Source: an uncultured Lachnospiraceae bacterium (GTDB lineage: Bacteria; Bacillota; Clostridia; Lachnospirales; Lachnospiraceae). Taken from it: a DNA stretch of 64,000 nucleotides. The stretch is from assembly GCA_902777355.1 (NCBI GenBank), contig CACYTU010000009.1, positions 26,101 through 90,100 of the forward strand. Reading direction: 5' to 3'. The notes under the pieces are model-generated. The model did not search any database and was not told the DNA's origin. It was given only the letters and a program-made list of their open reading frames with translations. The position numbers and the translations under genes are program-made. This document shows, in pieces, positions 40,368-50,895 of the stretch. Position 1 is the stretch's first letter. The number at the start of each line of letters is the position of its first letter.

Positions 40368-40474
40368 GTCTAAGTGGGTACAAAATGGGTACAGAATTTT
40401 ATTTTACTCCAAAAAGCTGTTCTGACCCGATCTACACGGAAGCATTGTGGCTGTTCTTTAATCCCTGTCTGTGA

Positions 40475-41032
40475 CTACTCTTCATCCTCCGAATCTTCAG
40501 GCCTTGAGCCGTATAAGTCCAATTTCCTGTCATGGATCTTCTGCATCTCCAGATAGCTTGGGTCACTCACCATTTCGGGGAACATATCCATCCAGAAATC
40601 GAATTCTCTTTCTGCATCCAGGATTGCTTTTGCGCGTTCAGCATTGTTTTTGATGGCTTCAGCCGCAGCGATTCCTTTTTCATACTGCTCATAGCGGGAA
40701 TACCATTCACGCATCAACGCCAGCCCGTCGAAGGATACTGCGATCCTCTCGCTGTCGCCATCGGGAACTTCCATCAGCTTTCCGCCGTACATGCGGAATA
40801 TCTGAAACAGACGGTGCATAGCCTGAACACCATCAAAATCTGAACTTTTCAGAACCTCCGGGTTGACGGCCAGTGCTCTGGCAATCATTTCCAGCGAGGC
40901 AGGCTTGGGGTTCCTACGTCCGGATTCATATGCGCGGATATAGGATTCTTTGACACCGACCATCTCTCCGAGCTGCCTGATGGTAAGATGCCGCTGTTTA
41001 CGGATGCGGCGTATGTTTTCACCGACAGTCAT
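40475..41032 (-). CDS. XRE family repressor of the element
   Basis: MTVGENIRRIRKQRHLTIRQLGEMVG...YESGRRNPK. Confidence 0.9.
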   Translation of the reverse strand: MTVGENIRRIRKQRHLTIRQLGEMVGVKESYIRAYESGRRNPKPASLEMIARALAVNPEVLKSSDFDGVQAMHRLFQIFRMYGGKLMEVPDGDSERIAVSFDGLALMREWYSRYEQYEKGIAAAEAIKNNAERAKAILDAEREFDFWMDMFPEMVSDPSYLEMQKIHDRKLDLYGSRPEDSEDEE

Positions 41033-41124
41033 AAAAAACCTCCTGAACCATTATAGAAAAGGATTGTTCACACATTTTTAACATTAATATACCAGAAAAC
41101 GGGAGAAAACGCAACAAAAAGCTC

Positions 41125-41190
41125 TTGCAAAGTATCAAAAAGATGCGCTATAATAATAGAGAATCAAAATGATACGCTAAAGAATCATAT
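41125..41190 (+). promoter_or_regulatory. xis-int promoter with repeated candidate repressor operators
   Basis: TTGCAA-18 nt-TATAAT; AGTATCAAAAAGATGCGCTA (41131-50) and AGAATCAAAATGATACGCTA (41160-79). Confidence 0.6.
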
Positions 41191-41228
41191 TGAGTGTAAG
41201 AACATAGATAACAGGGAGGAGGAAAAGA

Positions 41229-41426
41229 GTGAGAGAAAAATTCTATTACACGGCAGAAGAGGTATCGCAGATGCTGGGCATCAGTCGGGCGAAGGCTTAC
41301 AAGATCCTGCAGCAGATGAATGCAGATCTCGAGAAAAAAGGGTATCTGATCGTGCGCGGCAAGATTCCCGTCGCGTATTTCAGGGAAAAATGGTATGGCG
41401 CCGAAAGAGAGGAGGCAACGGTATGA
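41229..41426 (+). CDS. excisionase-like HTH protein
   Basis: YYTAEEVSQMLGISRAKAYKILQQMN; ATGA overlap with the integrase. Confidence 0.85.
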   Translation: MREKFYYTAEEVSQMLGISRAKAYKILQQMNADLEKKGYLIVRGKIPVAYFREKWYGAEREEATV

Positions 41427-42523
41427 GCGTAAGCGCAAAAAAAGATGCAAATGGAACCTGGCGTATCCAGTTTCGTTACAAAGACTGGAAAGGGGAAAGT
41501 CACAAGACGCAGAAAAGGGGATTCAGGACCAAAAAAGAGGCGGAGGACTGGCTCTCTCAGTTTCTGCTCCAGCAGGCAGGGGACATCTCCATGACATTTG
41601 GAGAATTCTGGGAAATCTATAAAGGAGATATGGGAAAACGGCTGCGGGTAAGCACGATGTACCAGAAGGAGCATGTTTTCACGACAAAGCTTCAGCCTTA
41701 TTTTGGGGATACTCCGCTGAACAAGATCACGCCTCCGATGATTCGAAAGTGGCAGGGGGAAATGATGTCATTGGGCTATAAGGAGACTTATCTTAAGAAT
41801 CTGAACAATCACCTGACCTGTATCCTGAATTATGCGGTGCGTTATTACAATCTGAAGTCAAACCCCTGCCGTAAGGCCGGCAGCATGGGGAAGAGTCGCG
41901 CGGATAAGGTGGAGTTCTGGACGCTGGAAGAGTTCACACGGTTTCTGAACGAAGTGGCGGACAAGAAGATTTCATGGATTGCCTTCAAGATCCTGTTCTG
42001 GACCGGCATGCGTCTGGGAGAGATGCTTGCTTTGACGGTTAAGGATCTGGATTTTGAGAATAACACGATCAGCATTACGAAGTCTCTGAACAGGATGAAC
42101 GGAGAGGATCTGATTACGCCGCCGAAAACGGCGCAGTCCGTCCGTACAATCATCATTACCGAGGAACTTGCGAAGGACTTGAAGGAGTATGTGGATTCGC
42201 TTTACAGCCCTTCCTCTGAGACGCGCATTTTTTCCTCTATCACCAAGCACTATCTGGAACATGAGATCAAGCGCGGGATCAGGCAGTCCGGGGTAAAGAA
42301 GATCCATATCCACTGCCTGCGTCATTCACATGCGACAATGCTTGTGCAGATGGGCTTCAGCCCCGTTGAAATTGCGGAGAGGCTTGGACATGGAAGGGTG
42401 ACGACGACTATTGAAACCTATTGTCATTCATCCTCTGACTGCCAGAAGAAGATGGTAGAGCGCCTGAGCGAGATGGAAAAGGATGGAGGTGTAAAGCAGG
42501 AAGGAGAGAGTGATGCCCTGTAA
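41423..42523 (+). CDS. tyrosine recombinase/integrase
   Basis: Arm-binding WRIQFRY..KRGFRTKKEA; TGMRLGE, PKT, HCLRHSHA, RLGH..TTIETY. Confidence 0.95.
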   Translation: MSVSAKKDANGTWRIQFRYKDWKGESHKTQKRGFRTKKEAEDWLSQFLLQQAGDISMTFGEFWEIYKGDMGKRLRVSTMYQKEHVFTTKLQPYFGDTPLNKITPPMIRKWQGEMMSLGYKETYLKNLNNHLTCILNYAVRYYNLKSNPCRKAGSMGKSRADKVEFWTLEEFTRFLNEVADKKISWIAFKILFWTGMRLGEMLALTVKDLDFENNTISITKSLNRMNGEDLITPPKTAQSVRTIIITEELAKDLKEYVDSLYSPSSETRIFSSITKHYLEHEIKRGIRQSGVKKIHIHCLRHSHATMLVQMGFSPVEIAERLGHGRVTTTIETYCHSSSDCQKKMVERLSEMEKDGGVKQEGESDAL

Positions 42524-42806
42524 GAGAGAAGCACGCTTCCGCCACAATACAATCGCATTCTGGCTCAGCGATGCGGAGAAGAAAAGAGTGGAGGCGAGAA
42601 TCATTCTGTCAGGAATGCAGAAAGGGGAATATTACCGGGCTGCGATTCTGGGACAGAGGGTAGTGGTGGATGGAAGCAGATACCACTCTGCAAGGCTCGC
42701 GGCTGTTCTGGAGCGGATGTATGCCGATCTGACATCACAGGAGAAAAGCGACGCACTTACGGCAGTTTTGGAGGAACTGCTCTCAGTATGGGAAAAGCAG
42801 GAGTAA
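42510..42806 (+). CDS. hypothetical protein (possible RHH/MobC-like)
   Basis: Coupled to the integrase; TIAFWLSDAEKKRVEARIILSGMQKGEYYR. Confidence 0.65.
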   Translation: MMPCKREARFRHNTIAFWLSDAEKKRVEARIILSGMQKGEYYRAAILGQRVVVDGSRYHSARLAAVLERMYADLTSQEKSDALTAVLEELLSVWEKQE

Positions 42807-43002
42807 TAAGAATATCGATGTCTGATTCTCATTCTGGAAAGCTGTAGCACATTGATTTTCAGTGTGTGGTGAAAGAGTAAGAGGACATATCAAAAAGAGG
42901 AAAGATCAAAAAAAGATGGCAGCAATGTCCCATCGAGTATTCCTATGGAACACTGCCCGGGCATTGCTGCATCTTATAAGTACTGCAGAAGGAGGTATGG
43001 GC

Positions 43003-43533
43003 TTGACGGAATACCTGACAGCAGAATCACAGATCATACCGTATATGGCTTTCCCGCGCTTCCTTCTCGAAATGGATTTGCCTGAAACTGCAAAAATTAT
43101 CTATATCATGCTGTTGGATCGCGCGAGGATGTCCTTGAGAAAGCCCGGATGGGTAGATGAAGACGGTCATTTGTTTGTTTATTATTCAGTATCTGATCTG
43201 GCGAAAGATCTCAAAAAAAGTGAAATGACCATCAAAAACAACCTGTCTGCACTTGAAGAGGCAGATCTGATCTTCAGACAGCGCAGTAAGCCGGGGCTTC
43301 CAAGCAGAACGTATGTGAAGGTGTCTGTGCACTCAGACAGTTTTCTTTCCCATAGAGAGACAGATAACTTTCCCTCAGAGGTACAGAAAACTTTCTCACA
43401 CACGGACAGGAATCTGTCTGCTAATAAAAACCATATATCAAAAACATATAACCAAAGATTCCAGGATACTCGTTCGTCCCGGTATCACAACCGTCAGAGG
43501 ATGTACGAGTGCGGAGAAGGAGAAAGTTTATGA
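43003..43533 (+). CDS. replication initiator-like HTH protein
   Basis: YMAFPRFLL..ETAKIIYIMLLDRARMS..WVDEDG.LFVYYSVSDLA; TTG start after GGAGGT. Confidence 0.75.
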   Translation: MTEYLTAESQIIPYMAFPRFLLEMDLPETAKIIYIMLLDRARMSLRKPGWVDEDGHLFVYYSVSDLAKDLKKSEMTIKNNLSALEEADLIFRQRSKPGLPSRTYVKVSVHSDSFLSHRETDNFPSEVQKTFSHTDRNLSANKNHISKTYNQRFQDTRSSRYHNRQRMYECGEGESL

Positions 43534-44384
43534 GTCCAGCGAATAAAATGCTCCCTCCCGGAGAACAGGCTGCTGTACTTTCAGCATCTGCAGGGATTCT
43601 CTGTACCGGGGATGAGTATACAGGTCCTGATGGGCTTCGCTGTTGCAGCTATTGCCATGGACACAGGGAAATGCGTGTGAGGCTCCTCGGAAGGGAACGC
43701 ATAGTTCCGGTGCTTTGCAATTGTCAGGTAGAAGAGCGCGACAAACGGGAGCAGGAAATGAAGCTGCGAGACTTCCAGCTTAAGAGGGAACGCCTCCGAG
43801 AGGAAGGCCTGGAGGACAAGGGGTACTATGAATATTGCTTTGCCAAAGACAACAAGCGGAATCCGCAGATGAAACACGCCTACACGTATGTTGAAAACTG
43901 GGATCGGATGAAAGCGGAGGGAAAAGGCCTGCTTATTTGGGGCGGCACCGGTACAGGAAAATCCTTTATGGCAGGCTGTATTGCAAATGCCCTGATCGAC
44001 CAGTGTGTTCCGGTCATGATGACGAACTTTGCCAGGATCCTGAATAAGATCACAGGAACATTTGGCGATGAGAGAAATCAGATCATTAGCAGGATGAACC
44101 ACAACAGCCTGCTGATCATCGATGACCTCGGCATTGAACGGAATACAGATTTTGCCATGGAACAGATCTTCAACGTGATCGACAGCAGATACAGAAGCAG
44201 GAAGCCCATGATCATCTGCACCAATCTGGAATTGTCAGAGCTTAAGAATCCGCAGGACGTCGACCATGAGCGGATCTATTCGCGCATCCTTGAACACTCT
44301 ATCTGTATCAAATGCAACGGCATCAGTTTTCGTGAGGAGAATGCAAAGAAGACAATGGAGGAAGCGGTTAAGGTTTTTCGATGA
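43530..44384 (+). CDS. DnaC/IstB-like ATPase (helicase loader)
   Basis: Zn-binding CSYC/CNC; WGGTGTGKS, LLIIDDLG, IDSRY, TNL. Confidence 0.9.
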   Translation: MSPANKMLPPGEQAAVLSASAGILCTGDEYTGPDGLRCCSYCHGHREMRVRLLGRERIVPVLCNCQVEERDKREQEMKLRDFQLKRERLREEGLEDKGYYEYCFAKDNKRNPQMKHAYTYVENWDRMKAEGKGLLIWGGTGTGKSFMAGCIANALIDQCVPVMMTNFARILNKITGTFGDERNQIISRMNHNSLLIIDDLGIERNTDFAMEQIFNVIDSRYRSRKPMIICTNLELSELKNPQDVDHERIYSRILEHSICIKCNGISFREENAKKTMEEAVKVFR

Positions 44385-44479
44385 CGAGGGGATTCAGAGT
44401 TGAAGTTCTGTTTTCGGGATCGGCAATTTGAAGCGTTTCTCCCAACAATCCACCAATCTACGCAAAGGGTGTATAGACT

Positions 44480-44800
44480 CAGTGAATCGAAGGAATATTT
44501 TCATCCAGTCTGAGGACGCGGCTCTCTGCAGAGCAAGTATCGCCAGTCGAATACATTTTCCCAAAAACGGGAAAATCCTCTCTGGCAAACTTGATGGGGA
44601 TTGCGATTCCCCATACCCTCGTCCCTGGCATGCCAAAGGGAATGCATGCTTCCCTGTTCGCTAAGACAGAGTATACGCAACACTCTGGAACCGAACAGGT
44701 CATTTATCATTTTCCCCGGGATGAATAGGGAAAATGGTTCTGGCTCACATCGTAGATGATCGCAGGATTGCCAGCTCCCCTGCGGGAAGAATTCGCATTT
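44480..44800. other. candidate oriT region
   Basis: Non-coding region upstream of mobC-relaxase with hairpins (e.g. GGGGATTGCGATTCCCC); nick site not identified. Confidence 0.35.
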
Positions 44801-44873
44801 CATTTTTAACAACCATAGAAACCCGAACCAAACGCAATATCTGACTGTGCGCAGGAACAGAGAAAGGAGCAGT

Positions 44874-45266
44874 ATGGCAAGAAAGAAAAAGCCGGACAGA
44901 GAAAGGAAGTCACATCTCGTCACTGCCAGGCTGAATGACACTCAATATGAGCATGTCTGTAATGCAGCAAATGATGCGGGACTTTCCATCTCGGATTATC
45001 TCCGTCACCAGGCGGTTTTTGGGAAAGTGGAAAACCACATTCAGATTGTCGCTGACTTTAAAGAGCTGGAAGCAATTACAAGAGAGCTTTCTGCGATTGG
45101 GAACAACCTGAATCAGCTGACACGATACTTTCACATGGGAGGCTTGAGATCTGCATCTATGATGGAAGAATTGAACAGGTGCCTGAATTCCGTCATGGAA
45201 ATGCGGGAGAAGGTTATGGAACTGGGAGGTGACTTCCATGGCTATATTAAAACACATAGCAAGTAA
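44874..45266 (+). CDS. mobC: MobC relaxosome accessory protein
   Basis: RHH (TARLND...AGLSISDYLR) and LSAIGNNLNQLTRYFH. Confidence 0.9.
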   Translation: MARKKKPDRERKSHLVTARLNDTQYEHVCNAANDAGLSISDYLRHQAVFGKVENHIQIVADFKELEAITRELSAIGNNLNQLTRYFHMGGLRSASMMEELNRCLNSVMEMREKVMELGGDFHGYIKTHSK

Positions 45267-46950
45267 AAACGCAGACTATGGTGAAGCCTTGGAGTATCTC
45301 GTTTTTGAGCACGACGAAAAGACAGGAAAACCCATCAGGAATGAAGAGGGCAAACTTGTGATGCGCAACAGGTTTATTATCGATGGGATAAACTGCGAAG
45401 CGTTTGCCTTTGACAAGGCTTGCGAGATTCTAAATGCAAAGTATCACAAGAACTGTACCAGGGGAGAGATCAAATCCCACCACTACATCCTGAGCTTTGA
45501 TCCGAAGGACAGCACAGAGTGCGGGCTGACACTCGAACGGGCGCAGGAACTGGGGATGGAATTTGCGGTCAGAAATTTCCCGGGGCACCAGATTCTGGTC
45601 TGTGCGCATGATGAAGGGCACAACAAGAGCAGAAATATCCACGTTCACATGGTACTGAACAGCATCCGCATGCTGGATGTTGAGAGACAGCCATTCATGG
45701 AACGGGAGATCGACTGCAAAGCCGGCTACAAACACCATGTCACAAAAGAGTACTTCAACTATCTGCTCCGGGATGTCATGGATATGTGCCAGAGGGAAGG
45801 ACTACATCAGGTGGATCTTCTCTCCCCGGCGGCTACGAAGATTACAGACAGAGAGTATCGGGCACAGCAGCGTGGACAGAAGGAACTGGACGAACTGAAT
45901 GAACAAATTGTCGCCATGCAGATGAAACCCACAACTACAATCTTTCAGACACAGAAGCAGTTTCTCCGAGATGCGATTCTCAAAGAAGCGGCACAAGCCT
46001 CGTCTCTGGAAGAGTTCCAAAATCTTCTGAAAGAAAGACATGGCATCACAGTAAAGGAACAGCGCGGCGCGTTCAGTTACCTGCATCCGGACCGGAAGAA
46101 GTATATCCGAGCCCGGGCGCTAGGGAACGATTACGAAAAAGAGCATATTCTGGAACTGATCAGGAGAGGAATCCACGAAAGAGAACAGGCTGCAGTAGAG
46201 GAAGAAGCGGCCAGCAACAGAATAAACACCGAGGAGTCGACAGTCACCTTTCTCGGTGTATGCTACAGCACAGTTTACAATCCTTCCTACGATTATTATG
46301 CCAATCCGGCTGCAATCCTTTTTGTTCACTCTGACTTACAACTGGTTACAGATCTGCAGACTTGTGTGAAAGCGCAGTATAGCGAAGCCTATGCCAGACA
46401 GGTAGATCTCTCTAATCTGTTGAAAGCATCCCGGACGATTTGTTACCTTCAGGAACACGGGATCGGATCCCGCGAAGAACTGCGGCAGGAAAAGAGCAAC
46501 GCGGTTGAAAGAGTCTCCTCCGCAGAAACCGCTCTGGAAAAAACAGAGGAACAGATCCGGAAGATCAATGAGAAGATCCATTATGCAGGGCAATACTACT
46601 CCACAAAAGCTGTAAACAAAGAGTACAGGAGCGCACTTGTCAAATCCTGGTTCCGCCGCCAGCATACAGAGGAACTGGATCGATACGATGAAGCTGTCAG
46701 CTACTTTAAAAACACGATTGGTGAACGGATCCCTCCGATGAAAGACCTGAAACAGCAGAAGGAAGATCTTCTGCAACAGAAGGCAAGGCAGGAAAATGCC
46801 CTCCGATCTGCGGTGAGAGACAGAGAAGAATTGAAGACGGTTGCATATAATGTTAGCTGGATCCTCAGTACAGAGAAGGTAAATAATAAGGAGATTGAAA
46901 GCTCCATGAGAAGGAAAACTCCAAAAAGGAAACAGGAGATTTCACTTTAA
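45238..46950 (+). CDS. relaxase/mobilization nuclease (MOBP-like)
   Basis: ALEYL, SHHYILSFDP, HQILVCAHDEGHNKSRNIHVHMVLNS (HUH); coiled-coil C-terminus. Confidence 0.9.
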   Translation: MAILKHIASKNADYGEALEYLVFEHDEKTGKPIRNEEGKLVMRNRFIIDGINCEAFAFDKACEILNAKYHKNCTRGEIKSHHYILSFDPKDSTECGLTLERAQELGMEFAVRNFPGHQILVCAHDEGHNKSRNIHVHMVLNSIRMLDVERQPFMEREIDCKAGYKHHVTKEYFNYLLRDVMDMCQREGLHQVDLLSPAATKITDREYRAQQRGQKELDELNEQIVAMQMKPTTTIFQTQKQFLRDAILKEAAQASSLEEFQNLLKERHGITVKEQRGAFSYLHPDRKKYIRARALGNDYEKEHILELIRRGIHEREQAAVEEEAASNRINTEESTVTFLGVCYSTVYNPSYDYYANPAAILFVHSDLQLVTDLQTCVKAQYSEAYARQVDLSNLLKASRTICYLQEHGIGSREELRQEKSNAVERVSSAETALEKTEEQIRKINEKIHYAGQYYSTKAVNKEYRSALVKSWFRRQHTEELDRYDEAVSYFKNTIGERIPPMKDLKQQKEDLLQQKARQENALRSAVRDREELKTVAYNVSWILSTEKVNNKEIESSMRRKTPKRKQEISL

Positions 46951-47137
46951 TACAGTTGAATATTTTGTTTCCCAGTGCGGCTCTGGCATTTATCTGGTAG
47001 AATAGAAAATGTATTCCCTTTTTGTTGTGCGACAGTTACAAATACATGTTCGAAATGCTGTCGCTTTTAGTGAAAATGACATAAGACTGTATTCTATAAG
47101 GTGAATTGACCGGTTAACCCTAAGGAGGACGGAAGAA

Positions 47138-50100
47138 ATGAAGAGCGTTGCAGAACTGTGCAGACCGCGGCCGAACGTATTTGTCGATACAGCCCGGGAC
47201 GATGTGCTGAACCTGAGTGACCTGATCGAAGGGAATATTGATCCGAATGCGTTTTTTGAGGAGAACTTCCGTACAAAAGGGATGAATATCCTGTTCCAAA
47301 CAGTGTTCAACCGCTTTATGGGAAAATCGGAGACGGGTGTCATCAGGCTTACACAGGCTATGGGCGGCGGCAAGACGCACAATATGCTGGCGCTTGCATT
47401 ACTCGCGCAGAACCCCTCCCTTCGCACGCAAATTCTTGGAGATACCTATGATGCGGTCGGCCCAGTAAGAGTCCTTGCATTCTCCGGACGTGAGAGTGAT
47501 GCTGAGTTTGGCGTCTGGGGAAGCCTTGCTGAGCAGCTGCAGAAAAAAGATACTTTTGCATCTTACTACGCACCTCTTCGGGCACCTGGGGAATCGGCTT
47601 GGATAAACCTCCTGCAGGGAGAAAAAACGCTGATTCTACTGGATGAGCTTCCGCCATATCTGGAAAACGCACGCTCGTATGCAATTGGCAATTCGGATTT
47701 GTGCCAGGTTACGATCACAGCGCTGTCAAATCTCTTCAGTGCTCTTGGAAAGGCCCAGCTCTCCAACGTATGCCTGATCTTCTCTGATTTGAAGGCGACT
47801 TATGAATCCGGAAGCGCCCTGCTTCAGTCATCCTTTAAGGAACTTGAGAATGAGGCAAACCGTGTCGCTCTGGGAATTGAACCAGTGGCGCTCAATTCAG
47901 ACGAGATTTATGATATCCTCCGGAAGCGTCTGTTTGAAAAGGTTCCATTCAGTACAGAAGATGCAGTTAAAGAAATCGCGGTTGGGTTCAAAGAAGCCGT
48001 ATCCAGAGCCGGAAAATCAGGCCTGACGAATTATGCACCTGATAAGGTCTTTATCGGTGTGCGGGATTCCTACCCCTTCCACCCTTCCATCAAGGATTTG
48101 TATGCCCGATTTAAGGAAAATCAGGGATTTCAGCAGACGCGCGGTCTTATCCGCCTGATGCGCCAGATTGTCCGGCAATTCTATGAGAGCGGCGCAGCGG
48201 AAAAAGCGTATCTTCTGAATGTCTATGACGTTGATCTCAATAACCAGCTGATGCTGAACAGAATCAAGGAAATCAAACCGTCCCTGGACAATGCCATCAG
48301 TCATGACATCGCCCAACAGGGGAAGGGTGTGGCGGAGACGATCGACGCCGAATATGAAGACACCTATGATTACCCCTATGCCCAGACAGCAGCGAAGCTC
48401 CTGCTCGTTTCCTCGCTGAATGAAACTGCACACGGGCTTCAGGGGCTTAATGACTCAGATATTCTGGGATACCTCTGTGCGCCCGGCCTGGACATGAACC
48501 AATATAAAAAGGTCCTGGAAGAAATCAAAGCGCAGAGTTGGTATCTGAAAATGGACAACCGCGGGCGGTACTATTTCCAGAATACCAAGAATATGGTCGC
48601 AGAGATGAACACATTGGTAGACAGCTACAGTGACGAACAGGCACGGAAGGATCTGCGCAAGTTCCTCGAAGGGTCTTTTGCTCCAAAGCTGAAAAAGTGT
48701 TATGAACTGCTTTATGTGATGCCGGCGATTGATGAGATCGAGCTGGACATGAAAAAAACCGCACTGGTTATTTATGAACCTTACGAGGGATCGGGAATGC
48801 ATCCGGATCTGCAGTCCTTTTACGAGAATGCCACCTATAAAAACAGGGTGATGTTCCTGACCGGACAGCGCAGCATTATGCGTAAACTTTTTGACAACAG
48901 CAAGCGCCTCACTGCCATCCGGCAGATTATCAGTGCCATGAAGGACGAACATGTCTCTGAGACGGACCAGCAGTACCGGGAAGCACAGGCACAGGAGGAT
49001 AAAGCCCTGACGGCGCTGCTCTCCACCATACGGGAAACCTTTATTACACTTTATTTTCCCACGAAAAGCGGTCTGACCAAGGAAGATTTCAAGCTCGCTT
49101 TCACGAATAATAAGTTCATCGGGGAGGATCAGATTGTCAATACACTTTCTGGCGCCAGGAAATTTGAGGATTTCTCTTCAGAGGACAGATTCCTGGATAC
49201 GCTTCGGAAAAAGTGTGAGGCACGCATTTTCACGCAGCAGGAAATGACCTGGCAGCAGATCCAAGAGCGTGCGGCGACGGAGACCATCTGGCAATGGTAT
49301 AACCCTTCTCAGATGGAGACGCTGAAAAAGGACTGCCTGAACCGGGACAAATGGCGGGAAATCGGCGGATATCTACAGAAGGGACCTTTTGCAAAAGAGC
49401 CCACAGAGGTCCAGGTAGAACAGCTTTCCTTTGATCCGGAGACGAAGGAATATACTTTGAAAGTCCGAGGCATTCATGGTAATACGGTTTACTATGATAT
49501 AGGTTCTGTTCCGTCGGAAGCCTCTGCGGTTGCGCCAAATCCCTTTGTGACAAAAGAAACTGAGCTTTGGTTCCTTTGTGTAGATAAATCACATGATGAC
49601 CCTCATCCTACCGGAGAGCCGTATCATTTCTTTGCCCACAGCGATCTGAAATATGAACAGAGGGAGACCAGCGAAGGCATGGTGATGGAGATGCGCGTCA
49701 ATCCGGGATTTGAAATCCGTTATACGACGGACGGGTCAAACCCCAAGGAATCCGGCGGAAAATACCTGGCAGAGTTCCCAATCCCCAAAAACTGTAATTA
49801 TGTGCGGGCGGCACTTTATCTCCATGGAGTTTTCCAATATGAAAAGCAGCTGGAAATCTCCAGACAGGCGACAACAGAAAAGTTGCGGATCGATGACAGC
49901 AAGAGCCTTGAATATACGATGAAGGAGATGAAAAAGTGCGGGGATACTGCATCTACATATGAAGAACTCAGTAACCTGCAAAAGCTTCCAGGCACCTTTG
50001 TACGTCACTTTACAGTGATTCTTACGGAAAAAGAGAGACCGGATAATTACGTAGAGCTGACTTCAGGAAACGTCATTTATGATGCAGGGAATCTTCAGGC

Positions 50101-50266
50101 AACGATAGATATAGTCCGGGATTCCGCCTTTGCAGGGAAAGATGTCATTGTAGAATTTGAATATAAGGTTCTTCGATTTGTACAGGGTGCGACTTTTAAG
50201 CGCTGGATCGACATGAACAAACTGGATTTGAATGAGATCCGGAAACATGGAGAAATCGTCCAATGA
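47138..50266 (+). CDS. DUF499 AAA-like ATPase of a restriction-like anti-phage system
   Basis: Walker A QAMGGGKTH, Walker B LILLDEL, SYPFHP, FQQTRGLIRL; C-terminal Fn3-associated IRYTTDGSNP. Confidence 0.88.
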   Translation: MKSVAELCRPRPNVFVDTARDDVLNLSDLIEGNIDPNAFFEENFRTKGMNILFQTVFNRFMGKSETGVIRLTQAMGGGKTHNMLALALLAQNPSLRTQILGDTYDAVGPVRVLAFSGRESDAEFGVWGSLAEQLQKKDTFASYYAPLRAPGESAWINLLQGEKTLILLDELPPYLENARSYAIGNSDLCQVTITALSNLFSALGKAQLSNVCLIFSDLKATYESGSALLQSSFKELENEANRVALGIEPVALNSDEIYDILRKRLFEKVPFSTEDAVKEIAVGFKEAVSRAGKSGLTNYAPDKVFIGVRDSYPFHPSIKDLYARFKENQGFQQTRGLIRLMRQIVRQFYESGAAEKAYLLNVYDVDLNNQLMLNRIKEIKPSLDNAISHDIAQQGKGVAETIDAEYEDTYDYPYAQTAAKLLLVSSLNETAHGLQGLNDSDILGYLCAPGLDMNQYKKVLEEIKAQSWYLKMDNRGRYYFQNTKNMVAEMNTLVDSYSDEQARKDLRKFLEGSFAPKLKKCYELLYVMPAIDEIELDMKKTALVIYEPYEGSGMHPDLQSFYENATYKNRVMFLTGQRSIMRKLFDNSKRLTAIRQIISAMKDEHVSETDQQYREAQAQEDKALTALLSTIRETFITLYFPTKSGLTKEDFKLAFTNNKFIGEDQIVNTLSGARKFEDFSSEDRFLDTLRKKCEARIFTQQEMTWQQIQERAATETIWQWYNPSQMETLKKDCLNRDKWREIGGYLQKGPFAKEPTEVQVEQLSFDPETKEYTLKVRGIHGNTVYYDIGSVPSEASAVAPNPFVTKETELWFLCVDKSHDDPHPTGEPYHFFAHSDLKYEQRETSEGMVMEMRVNPGFEIRYTTDGSNPKESGGKYLAEFPIPKNCNYVRAALYLHGVFQYEKQLEISRQATTEKLRIDDSKSLEYTMKEMKKCGDTASTYEELSNLQKLPGTFVRHFTVILTEKERPDNYVELTSGNVIYDAGNLQATIDIVRDSAFAGKDVIVEFEYKVLRFVQGATFKRWIDMNKLDLNEIRKHGEIVQ

Positions 50267-50895
50267 ACATGAAAAAGAGGACATACGGCTTTGGTGTAGA
50301 TCCCACAGAGACAGAAAACCATTTTTTTGTTGTGATACCACCAAAAAACTCCCAGGAACAGATTGAGATCTATGAGCGCTTTCAGTGGACCCCAAAAGGT
50401 CTTTCCCCGGAAAAATTAATAGAGCTTGCGGGAAATAAAGATTCCTTAGAACCTGTAGTTTTTTCCGATGGGCAGATCATACAGAACTCTGATGTGCTGC
50501 GCATGCAGATCTCTCGCCATAAATGGGGCAAGGTTTCGAAGGATCTGGCGGCAGAATTCAATGCACGTCTGAAGGAAAAAAAGATTAAAACAGGACGTTT
50601 TGCAACAGGAGGGACACCAGTGGAACGTCTTTTCGGCAAGGAAATGATGCTTTTGTTATGGGGGATCGAGGACTCAGACCCTTCTGTAATCCCCACCGCT
50701 ATTAGCAACTGGAAGGGGCTCATGCCCGAAGAGAGGTGGTGGCTGTACACTATGACAAATGCTTCTACAGGCGGACTAAAGGACAGAAAGGGATGGCGGA
50801 TTGCTTTGCGATATGCGTTGTGTGACACGCCGATACTGGAAAATCCACAAATAGGACTTTTTGACATCTGGGACGAGGAGGGCTTTACAAAATGA
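50263..50895 (+). CDS. DUF3780 protein
   Basis: GFGVDP..HFFVVIP, LFGKEMMLLLWGIE, NWKGLMPEERWWLYTMT, GWRIALRYAL; ATGA-coupled on both sides. Confidence 0.85.
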   Translation: MNMKKRTYGFGVDPTETENHFFVVIPPKNSQEQIEIYERFQWTPKGLSPEKLIELAGNKDSLEPVVFSDGQIIQNSDVLRMQISRHKWGKVSKDLAAEFNARLKEKKIKTGRFATGGTPVERLFGKEMMLLLWGIEDSDPSVIPTAISNWKGLMPEERWWLYTMTNASTGGLKDRKGWRIALRYALCDTPILENPQIGLFDIWDEEGFTK

